DNA of 64,000 nt from contig NC_092675.1 in NCBI RefSeq assembly GCF_964355755.1, forward strand, positions 25,454,912 through 25,518,911, read 5' to 3'. Made by a program: the position numbers and the translations under genes. The notes under the pieces were generated by a model, which had not been told where the DNA came from, did not search any database, and saw nothing but the letters and a program-made list of their open reading frames with translations. Of the stretch, positions 1-12,711 are shown in pieces (position 1 is the first letter of the stretch; each line of letters starts with the position of its first letter). The stretch comes from Antedon mediterranea. Taxonomy: Eukaryota > Animalia > Echinodermata.

Positions 1-2252
1 TAGTCTTCATCTGAAATACAATGTTAGATGTTTATATATTTGAAAAATATTGCAGATATTTTGTTAACTTTTCGTCCATAGGATATGTTAAAAATACGAA
101 TATTTGCTTGATTAAAGTAGCCGTCGCCTATACTGTACAATATATAGAATTGTGCATCATTGCCATCCTTTCTTTAAAATACAAAATTAGGAAACTCTTC
201 AAAGTCTATTAGAAATAATGCTGAAAATAAACTTCCATGATATCTATCAAATGGGTTGTTGTTTGTTAATTATATTTTAAACTAAGTTTGCGATTAAAAA
301 GTAAAAAAGATTACCAATAGTTAAACAATCAGTTTCACTTCTCGACATTCGGCGTTGACGATCGTGTATTACAGAAATCTCAACAGGTGAAGAGTTATAT
401 GTTTTTAGACTTTCCCACATCAATAATTCTGATGATTGCATAGTAATGTTAGGCATGATTAAGTTATTTGTTGTTGTTGATGATGATAATGAGGATGATG
501 TTTTAGTGTCTTTTGATTCTGTTTCTTGCGCCAAAACACTTGTAATGCTTTCAAGCATAGTTTCTGATGTTGTAGTAGTTGCCAAACTAGTTATTACAGG
601 TGATGCATAGTTGTTAACTTGTATGGTATAAGCGTCTGCAAGTACACTTGGCGGAGTAGTAAAAAGAGAATTTGGAATGGAGGCTGCATAAATAAGGTGA
701 TGTGCACTAATCAGTCGTTTTGATATCAATGTTCCTCTTGCTTCAAATCCCTACATTTTAAATTGAAAACATAACATTGATTAAAATAATAATAACGATG
801 CAAACATCATGACCAGTGATATTATTATCTGAGAGAACGTACATAGTCGAAAGTCTGATGATATTTCAATTTGCGGCAATTTAAAACCGATTTTCCACTA
901 GGCGGATTTGATGCGTAGAGAGAGGGAATTGGAAGATGGAAACATGACAACAAATTCGCCTAGTGGCAAATCGGCTTAAAGAAATGTTAATTTCTTGTGT
1001 TGCAATCCTCAATTCTAATGTTGACAGTAGACCTACTCCTACTTTAGTTTAAGAAAACAATTACCTTTGATGGGTCACTGAAATCTGGTATTGGATGCTT
1101 TGTTAAGCTGTAAACTGCACAAACAACCACACCAAGAAATATAATAAGCACAATGGTTAAAGATGAACGCACGTTGGTTAATATTTCGGCATACCTACAA
1201 TAACAAAATTCATTGTTATTCTTGCTGAATAAATACATGATAATTGTGAATACACAAGTATGGATTTAACGAAAAATGAAACAGGGACCTATCGAATCTT
1301 TTTTTAAATAAATACCAATGTAAAGCCTATTACTGTCTGAAAAAAAAAAAACTGTATATTTGGATCAATATTTTATTTAGTAAGCTTCCTCCATTCTTAC
1401 TTAGTTATTAAAGTTTTCCAGAAATCGTCACTTTCTGCAGTAGTTCCAGTAGGCCTATCTGTAGAACCGTTCTTTTCTGAATACTCTGCTGCAGTTATAT
1501 GTACATCTTCATGACTAAATAAAACATATAATAAACCATTCATAAACTGTACAACTTTTAATGTATGATGTTATTCATTACAACATAACAACATCACATT
1601 CTTTCACCAATCTTGCAACTACCATTACAAACAACATTGCTGAATAATTTGCTCCTTTTCTAACTATCAAAGTTCTTGTTACCTTAAAAACGATTTTGCA
1701 GCAATTACTGGATCATCGTGTAAAACCACTGCCTCATGACGGATTTCATCTAACTCCGTAGTCTGGATCGTCTTGAAAATTAATAATAATGAACAAATCA
1801 ACTTATTTAATTACGGTAAAGGCCTAAACTCAAGTAGCGAAAGTTCATTTATTTTGGTCTTGTTTGTCATATATGTGAATACATTTTCTATATTATGTTA
1901 TGAGAGTGACAAATAAAGTATTCACACTTTATAACAATAAATGATACGTCTAACTCCCACCCTATTAGCAATGCGTTGCAATTATGTTTCAGTACGGTAA
2001 TTATTAGACAAAATTACAGTAATTGGTTTATACGCATGCGTAGATAATAATTTGCATAAACTACGTGTACGTACGTGTCTCTTCTCGTTTCCTGTCTCGA
2101 AACAAAATAATAATATTGGATATAATATTGGATATAACTAAATAATATATATGGCCTAATTAATAATAATTAGGAAAATGAAAATAAAACAAAATATTTA
2201 CTTCAGAAATGTTAAAGATATTGTCATTCGTACTTGCTGTTCTTTTTGTCAT
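1..2252 (-). CDS. DISP1: Dispatched-like (RND/sterol-sensing family) membrane protein, N-terminal part; gene runs off the left edge
   Basis: Spliced exons approx. 2252-2202, 1771-1683, 1515-1401, 1194-1066, 750-315, 10-1 read in frame. A hydrophobic TM helix (LTIVLIIFLGVVVCAVYSL) is followed by HPIPDFSDPSK|GFEARGTLISKRL, matching the Dispatched motif LPDFSDPxxGFEPRGTxIxxRL. Orthologue versus paralogue is not resolved. Confidence 0.8.
884..977. mobile_element. Tourist/PIF-Harbinger-like MITE
   Basis: Inverted ends ACCGATTTTCCACTAGGCGGATTTG / CAAATTCGCCTAGTGGCAAATCGGCT in a TAA context, inside a Dispatched-like intron. Confidence 0.65.
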
Positions 2253-3845
2253 CTTTCGATTAAACTGAATAGCTAAAAACAAACAAGGTCAACGTTTCAT
2301 ATATTTACAAATATTAGGCCTAACTTATTATTCATATTTTAAAATGTGTGTAAAATAAAAATCGATATAATCCTTTATGTAACTACTTTATTAGTTGAAT
2401 ATGATTTAATTATAAACTATTTTTATTGAATGGGCAGATGACAAACACGTCATTACCAAATTATAAAATTATGGTAAAATCATTTTGCGTAAATTGTAGC
2501 CTGGAGCATTTATTCAGTACTTGGTACCTACCCAACAAGTCACCAATTCTTTCACAATAATTCATGGTTATCGTTTCCTTATTGCTATAACATGCTATGG
2601 AATTCATGCATTTTTGTACATTGCAGAATAACCTTTATCATTAAGTTATGTTTTTTTGTCATACCCAGCCGTATTTTGAAATACGTTTGTTTTAGGTAAT
2701 TAATTCAATTTATTTAATCTTATCATTTCATTAAAATATACCAATACAGTAAAAAATGTCAAATAACAAATATAAAAGATTTAAAAATAATACAAAATAA
2801 TGTATAGGAATTTATGAAAAACTTAAATGTAAAAAAGTTTAAACATTAAAAAACACAATCATGTTCATTTTAGGGAAAATAACTAAACTATCATAGAAAT
2901 ATCTGTAAAAAATGTTTTTGTATTACCGGTATATTTTATTGGTAATTCTTAATATCTAACCGGTTGGTAGGCCTATATAATTTCTGAAATTATCTATTTA
3001 ATAAAATCTCTTAAAACCGACGTTTTCATAAAAGCATCGGTTCAGCTATTCTGATCAAATCAATCTTAATACCCATTTAAATAGGTATATGTATAGTTTA
3101 CGTTTGACCCATTCTTAAATTAGAAACAGTAAATATCAAATACAAATTAAGGAGTGTGCTTTCTTAGTTGTTCAAACAAGTGTCGGTCTATGGGTAACCA
3201 AACCTGCGTTGATTTGTTTGAATGTCCATACACTAATAGACAGTATTAGTGGTAGGCATTTAAGTTGAACATGGCGTCTTTAAGAAACAGAATATAATGT
3301 TTTTTTAATACTGTAGTTGTTTTAAAACGTTATAGCCGTTTTATTTTAGTTTAATTTTAGTTGAAAAAGAAAACAGAGAGTGCTCATCAAGTTTGTTTTT
3401 TTTTGGTCTTTTTTTTTTGTCTTTTGTGGGATTAACCCACCTTTGTTGTCTCTTTTTTTAATATATATATATTCATTTTATCATCATACAATATTAATAT
3501 CGGTACCATCAAGTTATTTTTAATGGGATCAAGTACATTTATAAACTGACGTAATTACAGTTTTTATAATTAGTATTTATGCAAAAAAAAATGGAAGATT
3601 TTCTGCCGAATGTTGGTATATTTACTACATCAATTGTGTATGTTAACCTAGGATTATACTTATAATATACGGTAGTAATTAGAGATGTAAGACAACTCAA
3701 ATATTCATAATAAACAAATTACGATTTTAGTAAATACAGCCTAATTCTAATGTTATCATAAAGAAAAGACAGTAAGAAGATACAAGCTTAGTAGATATAG
3801 GAAAGCCTAAATATAATTAATTGACTATGAAAATAAAAAACTTAC

Positions 3846-3990
3846 CTTGCTTGGCTAATAATCAAATGTACTCATTCGTCACCAGAAAGAAAATGTGCAA
3901 TGTTAAAGTAGACACGCACACATTTTAAGCAAATCCAACTTCATTGATTTTTAACTGACGTCATACACCTGATAAGGTCAATCAGGTCAA
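3846..3990 (-). promoter_or_regulatory. Probable promoter and non-coding first exon of the Dispatched-like gene, with CRE and DR3 motifs
   Basis: Strong donor CAAG|GTAAGT at ~3846 on the minus strand; perfect TGACGTCA at 3956-3963; AGGTCA-atc-AGGTCA at 3975-3989. Confidence 0.45.
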
Positions 3991-4712
3991 CATCACTCCT
4001 TTTTCCTTTTACGCGCATTTTACTGGTATTTTATGGATTAATAGAGCCGGCGGAGAATAGAGAAACATTATTATTTTTGGAGCCAAGGAAAAGTCAGATC
4101 TCGCCAAATTTAACAAATTAAAAAAATTATAGACATTATTATGCTTTTTCCCGAACTTTCATATTGTACAACCATAATCGTACTTTGAAGAATGTGGTTG
4201 ATATTTCAGGTTTTCACAGTACTGTCATCAAAACTGTTATTAATATTAAACCAATAATGGTCAGTCCATCCTCTCTCAATGTATACTCGTTAAATCTTAT
4301 AACATGCACCGTGTTCTTTATATCAGTAAAAATGTTTAATTTGAAATGTGAATAGGCCTACATATAATCGGTATGTAATACTACATGATAACTCTTTTAT
4401 TATAATACACTAAATAATATGACATTGATACACCTAATGCTTAATAGAATTGGTTTATAATACATTCATCACATTATTTACAATATGGTTTTAAAGCATT
4501 CCTCATTTAAATTCGACAAAGGAACTATCTGGTAAAGAAACAAAAAATAATATGCATAATCAAATAAAGCTTTTAAAAATACACGATGTATAATCTATTT
4601 TTTTTTTCTAAAGGTGCATTGAGTACACCTCCGTAATTTTTGTTTTCTCAGTTCTCTCCGTTTGGTACCGTCTCAACCCTCTGAGCCCCCCCCCCCCCCC
4701 CGTCACAGACAG

Positions 4713-4853
4713 TGTGAATGTGTCTTTATTCTATATAACATCAGCGCCTATTTAACTGTGTGAATGTGCCTTTATTCTATATAACATCAGCGTCCATTTG
4801 ATTGTATGAATGTGCCTTTATTCTATATAACATCAGCGTCCATTTGACTGTGT
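4713..4853. repeat. ~46-bp tandem repeat x3 overlapping the EPS8-like stop codon and polyA signal
   Basis: Unit TGTGAATGTGCCTTTATTCTATATAACATCAGCGTCCATTTGACTG occurs three times with few substitutions. Confidence 0.9.
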
Positions 4854-6746
4854 ACTGCTTCTTGAACTCCGTCGTCGACTTTGCTTGATGTACGCCATGA
4901 TTGTGCAAGGTAAGTACCCAATATGATTATACTCATCGGCAACTTTCCACCAATTCTTTGAAGAATCTAAAACCTTATAAAGCAAAGTATTATAGTTCAA
5001 ATATAATAGATATTTCACAATTGTTCCATAGAAGAACATTTTTTTTAAATTTGGAATTGGATGAGTAAATTTAAGCTCTCATGATGTAATTTATTAAGAA
5101 TGATTAAAAATTGTGTTTAATTGAATTATAAGTATAAAGTTGGGTTATCCTTACTTTAACGACCTCGCCATATCTTACGGACAACTCTTGGTTAGTTCGA
5201 CCAAGGAAATCTTCACGAACTTCTGCAAGACGGTAATTTTCTTGGACGGATTGCTCTGCAATTGGTATCATTCTATTGGATGCAGAAGCTGCCTGCTCTG
5301 AACCTGATGAGCTTGTCGTAGATGAGATTGACGCAGTTAAGAATGAAACGGATTTTCTTTAAGAAAGTAAACATATTTATAACAGATATTACATACAGTT
5401 ACTGTAGATAGAACTTGAGGTAACATAAAGTTGATACCAATGTTACCGTTTAATGCAGGATTTCAACATCATAAACCAGTTTCCCAGGTCTCTGATTTAG
5501 TCCTTCCACCCCGTATTAAGTGGACTATTTCACAGAACAAAAATGCCCTTGACGTTCTTACATTGAATTACTTACGGTTGTGTATAATAAGCACCAAAAA
5601 GGAGGACTTCTACAACTTCCTCGGTAATCATTGGTTATTATTTAATACATCTTAATATAAATGATGTTTTGTATAAAGTTCAACATTATGATTACTGATA
5701 CTTACAGATTAGGTGCTGAATGGTTTCTGGCAGAGCGAACCAAATCATCTACCACAATACTTGCCTATAAAAGATTTGGCAAAACTTCAATAAATATTTA
5801 GGGTATATAGGTTATTATAACGTAGTGTAGGTAGACATACATAAGACACTATTAAAGAACAGAATAGTAATTACTCCATTTTGTAATATAATCGAATCTA
5901 CTATACTGCATTCTATATATATCTATAATCTCTATACAATAGATGTATTTTTAATAATAATAATATTAAACACACACGACACACATTATAACAATATCCA
6001 CATATAAGTATTCTTACCATTGTTTCTGTACATTTAAGTATCAGAATATCTGAAGTACGTTTCCCAGTTTTTGCGTATACAATAACAAGTCCGTTATGAG
6101 CTTCCGTAGATAGTGTTTCAGCATGTAAAACATGTTTGAGTTTAAACGTCGATATAACATCCTTAGGGAGAAAATAATTATATAAAGACACATGGAAGAA
6201 GCAGTTTATACAAATGAAATGGTAAATTCGAAAAGAAGGAACCTATAACATAACTACTCATTCTCTCCAGCTGGGATGAGCAATTATTATTTAAAGTACA
6301 AAAGGAATATCCATACTTAAGCTAATTTAAGATAAGTACCAATCATTGAGCAATGTTATTTCATTTCGTCGTGGTTTACCTTTCGTAATTTGTCGATAAT
6401 ATTCAGTTTACTTTCGTCTTCAAATAGTTCTAGTATAACATCTTGGTGCCATGCCTCTCCACTTTTGTCCAGGCGTCGGAGATCTCTTAAAACGTCATCG
6501 GTTGTCAGCTTATAACTGTCATTTGTGATGGTGTGGATGTGCTGTAAAAATTATTGTTTAAGATTTTGAATCAAACTAATTATTATATTATATTTCATTC
6601 AGGTTAATCATAATATGTTCGCACTGTATCATCATCTTCGTCTGTTTAATTTAATTACTGTAGATCAATGATTCAACATTTTACCAACACTTAGGTTATG
6701 CGAATAAACATACCTGAGCAGCGTATCGCCTTATGCTGTTCGACAT
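4833..6746 (-). CDS. EPS8-family adaptor, short form (PTB + SH3, ~246 aa)
   Basis: Exons 6746-6714, 6541-6380, 6161-6018, 5764-5706, 5356-5155, 4973-4833 total 741 nt in one frame. EPS8-type PTB (QHIHTI...DDVLRDLRRLDKSGEAWHQDVILEL...ILILKC...ASIVVDDL) and SH3 (EDFLGRTNQELSVRYGEVVKVLDSSKNWWKV...GYLP). Confidence 0.8.
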
Positions 6747-8487
6747 TTCATTCCGCCACTTTTCCTAAAAAAGTAGAGAAAATGTCAAACAACAACGTTA
6801 AAATGTTTTAAGAAAATTCAATAAAAACAAAATGTCCCTATAATAATAGGTAAAATACGGTAAAAATTGTTATCAAAAATCAAACAACAACGTTAATGTT
6901 TTAAGAAAATTCTCAACAAAAACAAAATTTCCCTATAATAGTCAATGCTGCATTGATTTTATAATAACGTTACTTGTTCACGTTAACCATTTTGTAGATT
7001 GATGTTGATATTTGCTGAATAGTTTAAAAATACAGGATCTACATTCATTGAATTGAACGTTTTAAGAGCAATCACGAATACAAACAATATGAGAAAAAGA
7101 AGCTCTTAAGATACTTGACATTTTTGTAGATTAATATTTAATCATGATATTATTGCAAACAATCTTCTAACTATTATTATATTCTCTTACGGGACAAAAA
7201 TGTATAAAGAAATAGCTGTTTTAAACAACAGAGAAGTGGAGAGAAAGATAGGAGGGGTGTTATGAACTGAGAAAATACAGCAATTAATTTTTAAAAGTTC
7301 CGAATTGCATAGATCATTTACTTGACTGATGACTTCAAAATGAACAAAAGAACAAAATATTATAGTAGTTTTGAAAATAATAACCCTGATTACCAACTAC
7401 AGTTTTAGAAAACTCTATACTACAAAGTAGGCCCACGGTAACAATGAAACTGTGATGGCTGTCATCTGACATAGGAATAGCAATTAGGCCCTATCACTAG
7501 TCTCCATAAACCAAGAATTGTCTCGGAGAGTTCACATTAAAAACCAACAGTCGTCTTTGTGTCGATAAAATTAAATATAATAGTATCCATAATACTATGT
7601 CAAGACTATCATACACAATAGAAATCATTAATGCATGACCAATGGTGATGTTACAAATTGGCACCTATGTGTTTGGCCTACATAGGCCTGTCAGCAGTGA
7701 CAGTCGATTTGTGCATTAGGATGTACGATTCATCGTAGAGAAAACTTGTTTCTCCAACGATTGTCAAATAGATATTTTACTACTCACCGAACAACCAGAC
7801 AGTCTGTTAATGTTTGTTTAAACTCTGTATTAAGCCTCTCTCTACAGAGTGTACTATATTACTAGCCTGCGTGTTAGATCCACAGAATGCAGTGTACCAC
7901 ACAATTTGATCGACCTTTATTGTGGTTTTAATTGTTATATGAACAAAAGCGTTACACCCTGGTGCTATAAAAGAGTCTAAAAATTCAATACAGTTCATTT
8001 AGTATATTGCACATTCTCTACACAAGAACGTAGCAATATAGCAAGCTGTTGTTTCGTAACATTTTTTTTACTCCTTATAAATTAAAATATACAATTAGAA
8101 GAGGTTTGGGATGTGGTGGAGTGTTATTTATCTAAACGCGTCGTCTGTGATATATATGATTACATTGTTATTTTTATCTTAATTGGTCAGATGTTTTGCC
8201 CTACTCAGCGCAAAGCTGTAGTTACATGTAGGTATAAAAACAAGAAATATTTCTTTAAAAAACGCCCTTCGACTCGTTGACGTAACAGTTTTAATTTTTG
8301 TTCTTTTGTCATGAAATGGTGTTTCTTTTTTATTGATATTCGAGGTATATTCAGAGCGTCATTCTGACGACTGGAGCATTCTCTACTTCTCTACGGAGCG
8401 CCATTTATGCCTTTATTAACTTCAATAATAGAAATAGTACTAGGGTAACTGCTCAAGTGGACCCAATTTAGCACCAGAGTAGCACAG

Positions 8488-9205
8488 AAACATCTTGGCA
8501 TTCACGTTGATTCAAATCTTTTTTCTTTTCATGTAAATAAACTCCGTTCCAAACTGGGCTTGTCCATCTCCATCTTATCGCGTGCTCGGTCATTTCATTA
8601 ATAAACACACATCCATAGGCCTACTCCTCTATAACACTATAATCCTCCCACACATTGACTATTGATGTAGTGTTTGGGAAATCAGATCGAATATTGACTG
8701 AATACAGACCATTCAAAATAGAGCACTTCGCATTAACCTTAAAGCTCATCGTCTCACACCACGAACTAACATTTACAACACCTTAAATCTTCATACAGTC
8801 CAGGTCGCATGCATCTACAACTTGCCTACAGGTCTGCAAATGGTCATGGTCTTGCTCCGGAATACCTTGCCCTGCGTCTTGCCAGAATTTCAAATCATCG
8901 ATGTACCCGAAGTGTCAGTGAGAGGAAATTTGTCGTCCCTTTCCCTAAAACTGAAACTTTTAAGAACAGCTTCATCTATAGAGCACCAACATACCAAACT
9001 AAGAAATGCGGTAACAATAAATAAAAAACAACTCAACGTTTTTTATAGTATTGTAGGCTATATTTTTGTATTTAAGTACATATATATATTATATATTTTT
9101 ATATTTTTTTAACATAGTTCATCCGTTTTTTCATATATGTTTTTGACTGTCTGCATATGCTGTTTAGGGTCACCCTCACAAAATAAGGTTTAATAAAAAA
9201 ATAAA
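8488..9205 (+). mobile_element. 5'-truncated, decayed LINE (CR1/L2-like RT C-terminus) nested in the left TIR array
   Basis: Frameshifted translation KHLGIHVDSNL...LLYNTIILPHIDY*CSVW...IQTIQNRALRI...APEYL...TRS...FKNSFIYRAP, followed by an A-rich tail. Confidence 0.75.
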
Positions 9206-10631
9206 ATAGAAATAAAGTCACTAAATTTTAATATCTTTTCGTATGTTAATACAATGTGCTCAAGTGGACCCAATTTGGCCCCAGTGGAGCACAGTAGTGA
9301 TGATATAAAATAGAAAGAAAGTCACTCAAGTTTCAATCTTTTCGTATGTTAATACACTGTGCTTAAGTGGACCCAATTTGGCGCCAGTGGATTTTTTTAA
9401 AATGGAAAATAATGAATATTGGTTTTCTTTTTTTGTTGAAAGAGAGATATTTTGAGGATTGTAAATGTCAAGTGGAACTTTTTTTAAATCAGAAACAAAG
9501 TTTCATGGCATTATTTTCCATTAAATAGACTGCCATAAAACTTCGAAAAGAAGCCCATGTGCTCCTTCATTTTTAGTAATCTTGGGTGGGCTTCTTTTCC
9601 ACATGGAGTTCTTTTCGAGATTACTTTTGCAAACTAAACGAGGGGAACTGCTAACTTCCCGCCCGGAAAATATTTTATTTACATGATTTGAAAAATCTTC
9701 TAATGTAAATAATTAACAGCATCAAAATTTAACAGTGTGGCGTGTTGACCGCGAATGACTAACATACCATCTTTACCATAATACACCTGCACAGACTTAT
9801 TTGCATAACAACGCACGCACATACCAAACTGTTTAAAATAGAGCTACAAGGTACCCGAAAATGACATCTATTATGTTTTCAAACAACATGCATAAGAATC
9901 TTCAGTAGTACCCGACCATGCTTGAGGCTGAGCAAAGACAATTTAAAAAAAAAAAAGAGCTGTATACAGTAGGTTCCCGCCCGAAAAAATGGCGTTACAT
10001 GATTTGAACAAACTATATAAGACTCACCAGGACAATATATGAGCTTGTCCCCGGAAAGTGCACCTATTCATTTAAATATAAAATTAAATATTAAGTCTCC
10101 AGTACTAGCCCATCCATGGACCGCTCGGCGGCGGAATTAGTCTAAGCTTCGAAATTGGTTTGGAAATCGGCATCTTTGCAAATGTTCTATATTTGATCTT
10201 ATTTCACTTTCCATTAACCCCATAAAAAAACCCATCGGAGACTATCTGTTTAAAATGTTTATTCTGGGACGGTGCGGCTATACACACCAACTACTATGAA
10301 GAATCGGACTTTTCGCTACCAATGTTGCAACATTAACAGTGGGGCGCGTTGACCGCGAATGACTAATACCATCTTTCCCACTAACCTGCACAAACTTATT
10401 TGTATAACAACGAACGGCATACCAAACTATGATGAGAGATACATTCTCTTCTCAACACGTAACGCGTAACGAAGATAATTAATTCATTTTTTACATTAAA
10501 ATTGAGGCCGCTAAACATAAAATGTACGAGATCAAATACATGTAGCGAAAGCCAAAAAAAAAAAGAGTAAACATTGTGCTCTCCTTGCCTCCCCAAAACA
10601 CAGTGGTTGCATACCTTTAACTCTATTCCAC

Positions 10632-10709
10632 CGACCAGCGTGGGAATCGAACCCACGACATACGGTACGTGTTGTCAACACGACGCTCAGGCGATTGAGC
10701 TAACTGATC
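10632..10709 (-). pseudogene. tRNA-derived sequence (pseudo-tRNA/SINE head), copy 1
   Basis: GATCAGT-TAGCTCAATCGCCTGAGC...GTGGGTTCGATTCCCAC-GCTGGTC; B box intact, D loop lacks GG, 5-nt insertion near the variable loop. Confidence 0.65.
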
Positions 10710-11562
10710 ATTTTGGTTTTATCAAGGTTAATAGGATATTTATGATGTAATGATGAATTACGTAATACACGTATAAATAGACAATTATCAGCTGTTCAGT
10801 CATGTTTCAGTTTGTGGTGCAACGGGTATCAGCTGGGGTTCGAACCTCTACGGATATTTTTTTTATGAATATTGGTTTTTTTTTAAAGAGAGATATTTGG
10901 AGGGTTGAAAATGTCAGGCCTATGGAAGTGGACCTTAAATCATAAACAAAAGTGTAAGGCATTCATTTTTCCATTAAATAGACACCATAACACCCCGAAC
11001 GTTCCTCATTTTTTAGTACTCTTGGGTACGGTGGCTTCTTTTCAACGGATAAGCTTCTTTTCCACATGGGGTTCTTTTCAAGATTACTTTTGTAAACTGA
11101 AGGAGGGGAGTTTCTAGATTCCCGCCGGGAAAACTGTATCTTTACATGATTTGAATTTGATTGCGAATAACTAACAATACCATCCCATCTTTCCCACAGC
11201 ACATGTGCACACTCATTTGCACAACAAACGCACGGCATACCAAACTACGATGAGATAAAATTAATTCTCTTCAAAACACGTAACGAAGAGAATTAATTCT
11301 CTTTTTTTAACATTAAAATAAATTGAGGGCGCTAAACATAAAATTTATACCATCAAAGCAGTTGGCGAGAGCCAAAAAAAAAAAGATGGTAAATGTGCTC
11401 TCCCTGCCGCAGCACTAAGGCCCTGCCACAGCCTTTTGGGGTCGTTTCCACCACATCACCAGATGCATTGATGTTGTCGCCTCATGATGTGTGGTGGAAA
11501 GGGGGACGTATGATCTGTGAACCCCAAACACAGTGGCTCGCATAGCCTTAACTCTATTCCAC

Positions 11563-11635
11563 CGACCAGCGTGGGAATCGAACCCACGACATACGTGTTG
11601 TTAACACGACGCTCAGACGACTGAGCTAACTGATC
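11563..11635 (-). pseudogene. tRNA-derived sequence (Ile/Val-like, AAC at the anticodon position), copy 2
   Basis: 73-nt cloverleaf-like sequence with 7-bp acceptor GATCAGT/GCTGGTC and T arm GTGGG-TTCGATT-CCCAC; invariant D-loop GG missing; lies in an internal duplication of the transposon. Confidence 0.65.
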
Positions 11636-12711
11636 ATTTTGGTTTTAGCAAGGTTAATAGGACATTTATGACGTAATGATCAATTACGTAATACACGTAT
11701 AAATATACTATTATCAGTTTTTCAGTCATGTACTTGGTGGCGCAACGGGTAATGCTCAGTTTTGAGTGCTATCGGCTGGGGTTCGAGCCTCAACGGATGT
11801 TTTAATTTTTTTTAAACATTGTTTTTTTTTTAAATAGAGATATGTGACACTGTATTGTCGAACATGTATGGTACCATACCGGTAGGTATTCAAATATGCT
11901 TAATACGAAAAGATATTAAAATTCAGTGACTTATTTCTATTTTATGTCACTGTGCTCCACTGGCTCCAAGTTGGGTCCACTTGAGCACAGTGTATTAACA
12001 TACGAAAAGATATTAAAATTCCTTGAATTATTTCTATTTTATATCAATGTGCTCGCTTGGTGCCAAATTGGGTACACTTGAGTACATTGTATTAAAATAC
12101 GAAAAGATATTAAAATTAGTGACTTATTTCTATTTTATATCACTGTGCTCCACTGGTGCTAAATTTGGTCCACTGAACCAGTTACCGTAGTACTATTTCT
12201 ATTTTCGGAAGTAAATAAAGGCATAAATGGCCCTCCGTAGAGGTAGAGAATGCTCGATCGTCAAAATGACGCTCTGAATATATCTGATATTCTATTTAAT
12301 AATTTAAAATGATTTTCATAGACTCTCTCCTCCCAGACGTGCTTTGGGGTTTGAAAATGCCCAGTGCGAGTTCCAAATAATAAGCCGTAGTTAACAATTT
12401 AGCTATACCGAACGAATGATGTTTCCTTCATATTAGTCAACATTTTAATTTATTTCTATCATTAGCCCCTCTTGGCCTGTGGCAAAAAAAATTTAGACAT
12501 ACTGTATCATATTAAAATCATTGCGGAACGCCATACGATGACTAAATAGATGCAGTTGTCTAGGTAGTCATCAATGAATTCATTTTAGTTAAAAAGTTAA
12601 ACCGACCGTAATGATTATAAGCGGCTGTTTCACGGAGTCTACGGAAACAATAAAACTCACGCAAGAAGAGTGCTCACATTATTGTGTGCCGTGCCTGTTT
12701 TGAACAAAAAC

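Larger units (their letters stand above)
8342..12284. mobile_element. Non-autonomous foldback/Mutator-like DNA transposon with long TIRs
   Basis: 8342-8487 is the inverted complement of ~12142-12284; ~90-bp subterminal tandem units (GTGCTCAAGTGGACCCAATTTGG...) at 9205-9390 and 11900-12180; TGATATTC duplicated at 8334-8341 and 12285-12292; no transposase ORF seen. Confidence 0.8.

Noticed and set aside
21-212. Track ORF or an extra Dispatched exon at ~110-205
   Set aside because: Candidate acceptors give immediate stops in the required phase; the next plausible exon starts at position 10.
6974-6990. Upstream ATG (MVNVN) as start of the EPS8-like gene
   Set aside because: Splicing to the acceptor at 6764 puts it out of frame with the PTB domain and it reaches TAA; at most a uORF.
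11563-11635. Functional tRNA-Val(AAC) gene
   Set aside because: Lacks the invariant D-loop GG, has no nearby oligo-T terminator, and sits in a duplicated transposon interior; treated as a pseudo-tRNA.
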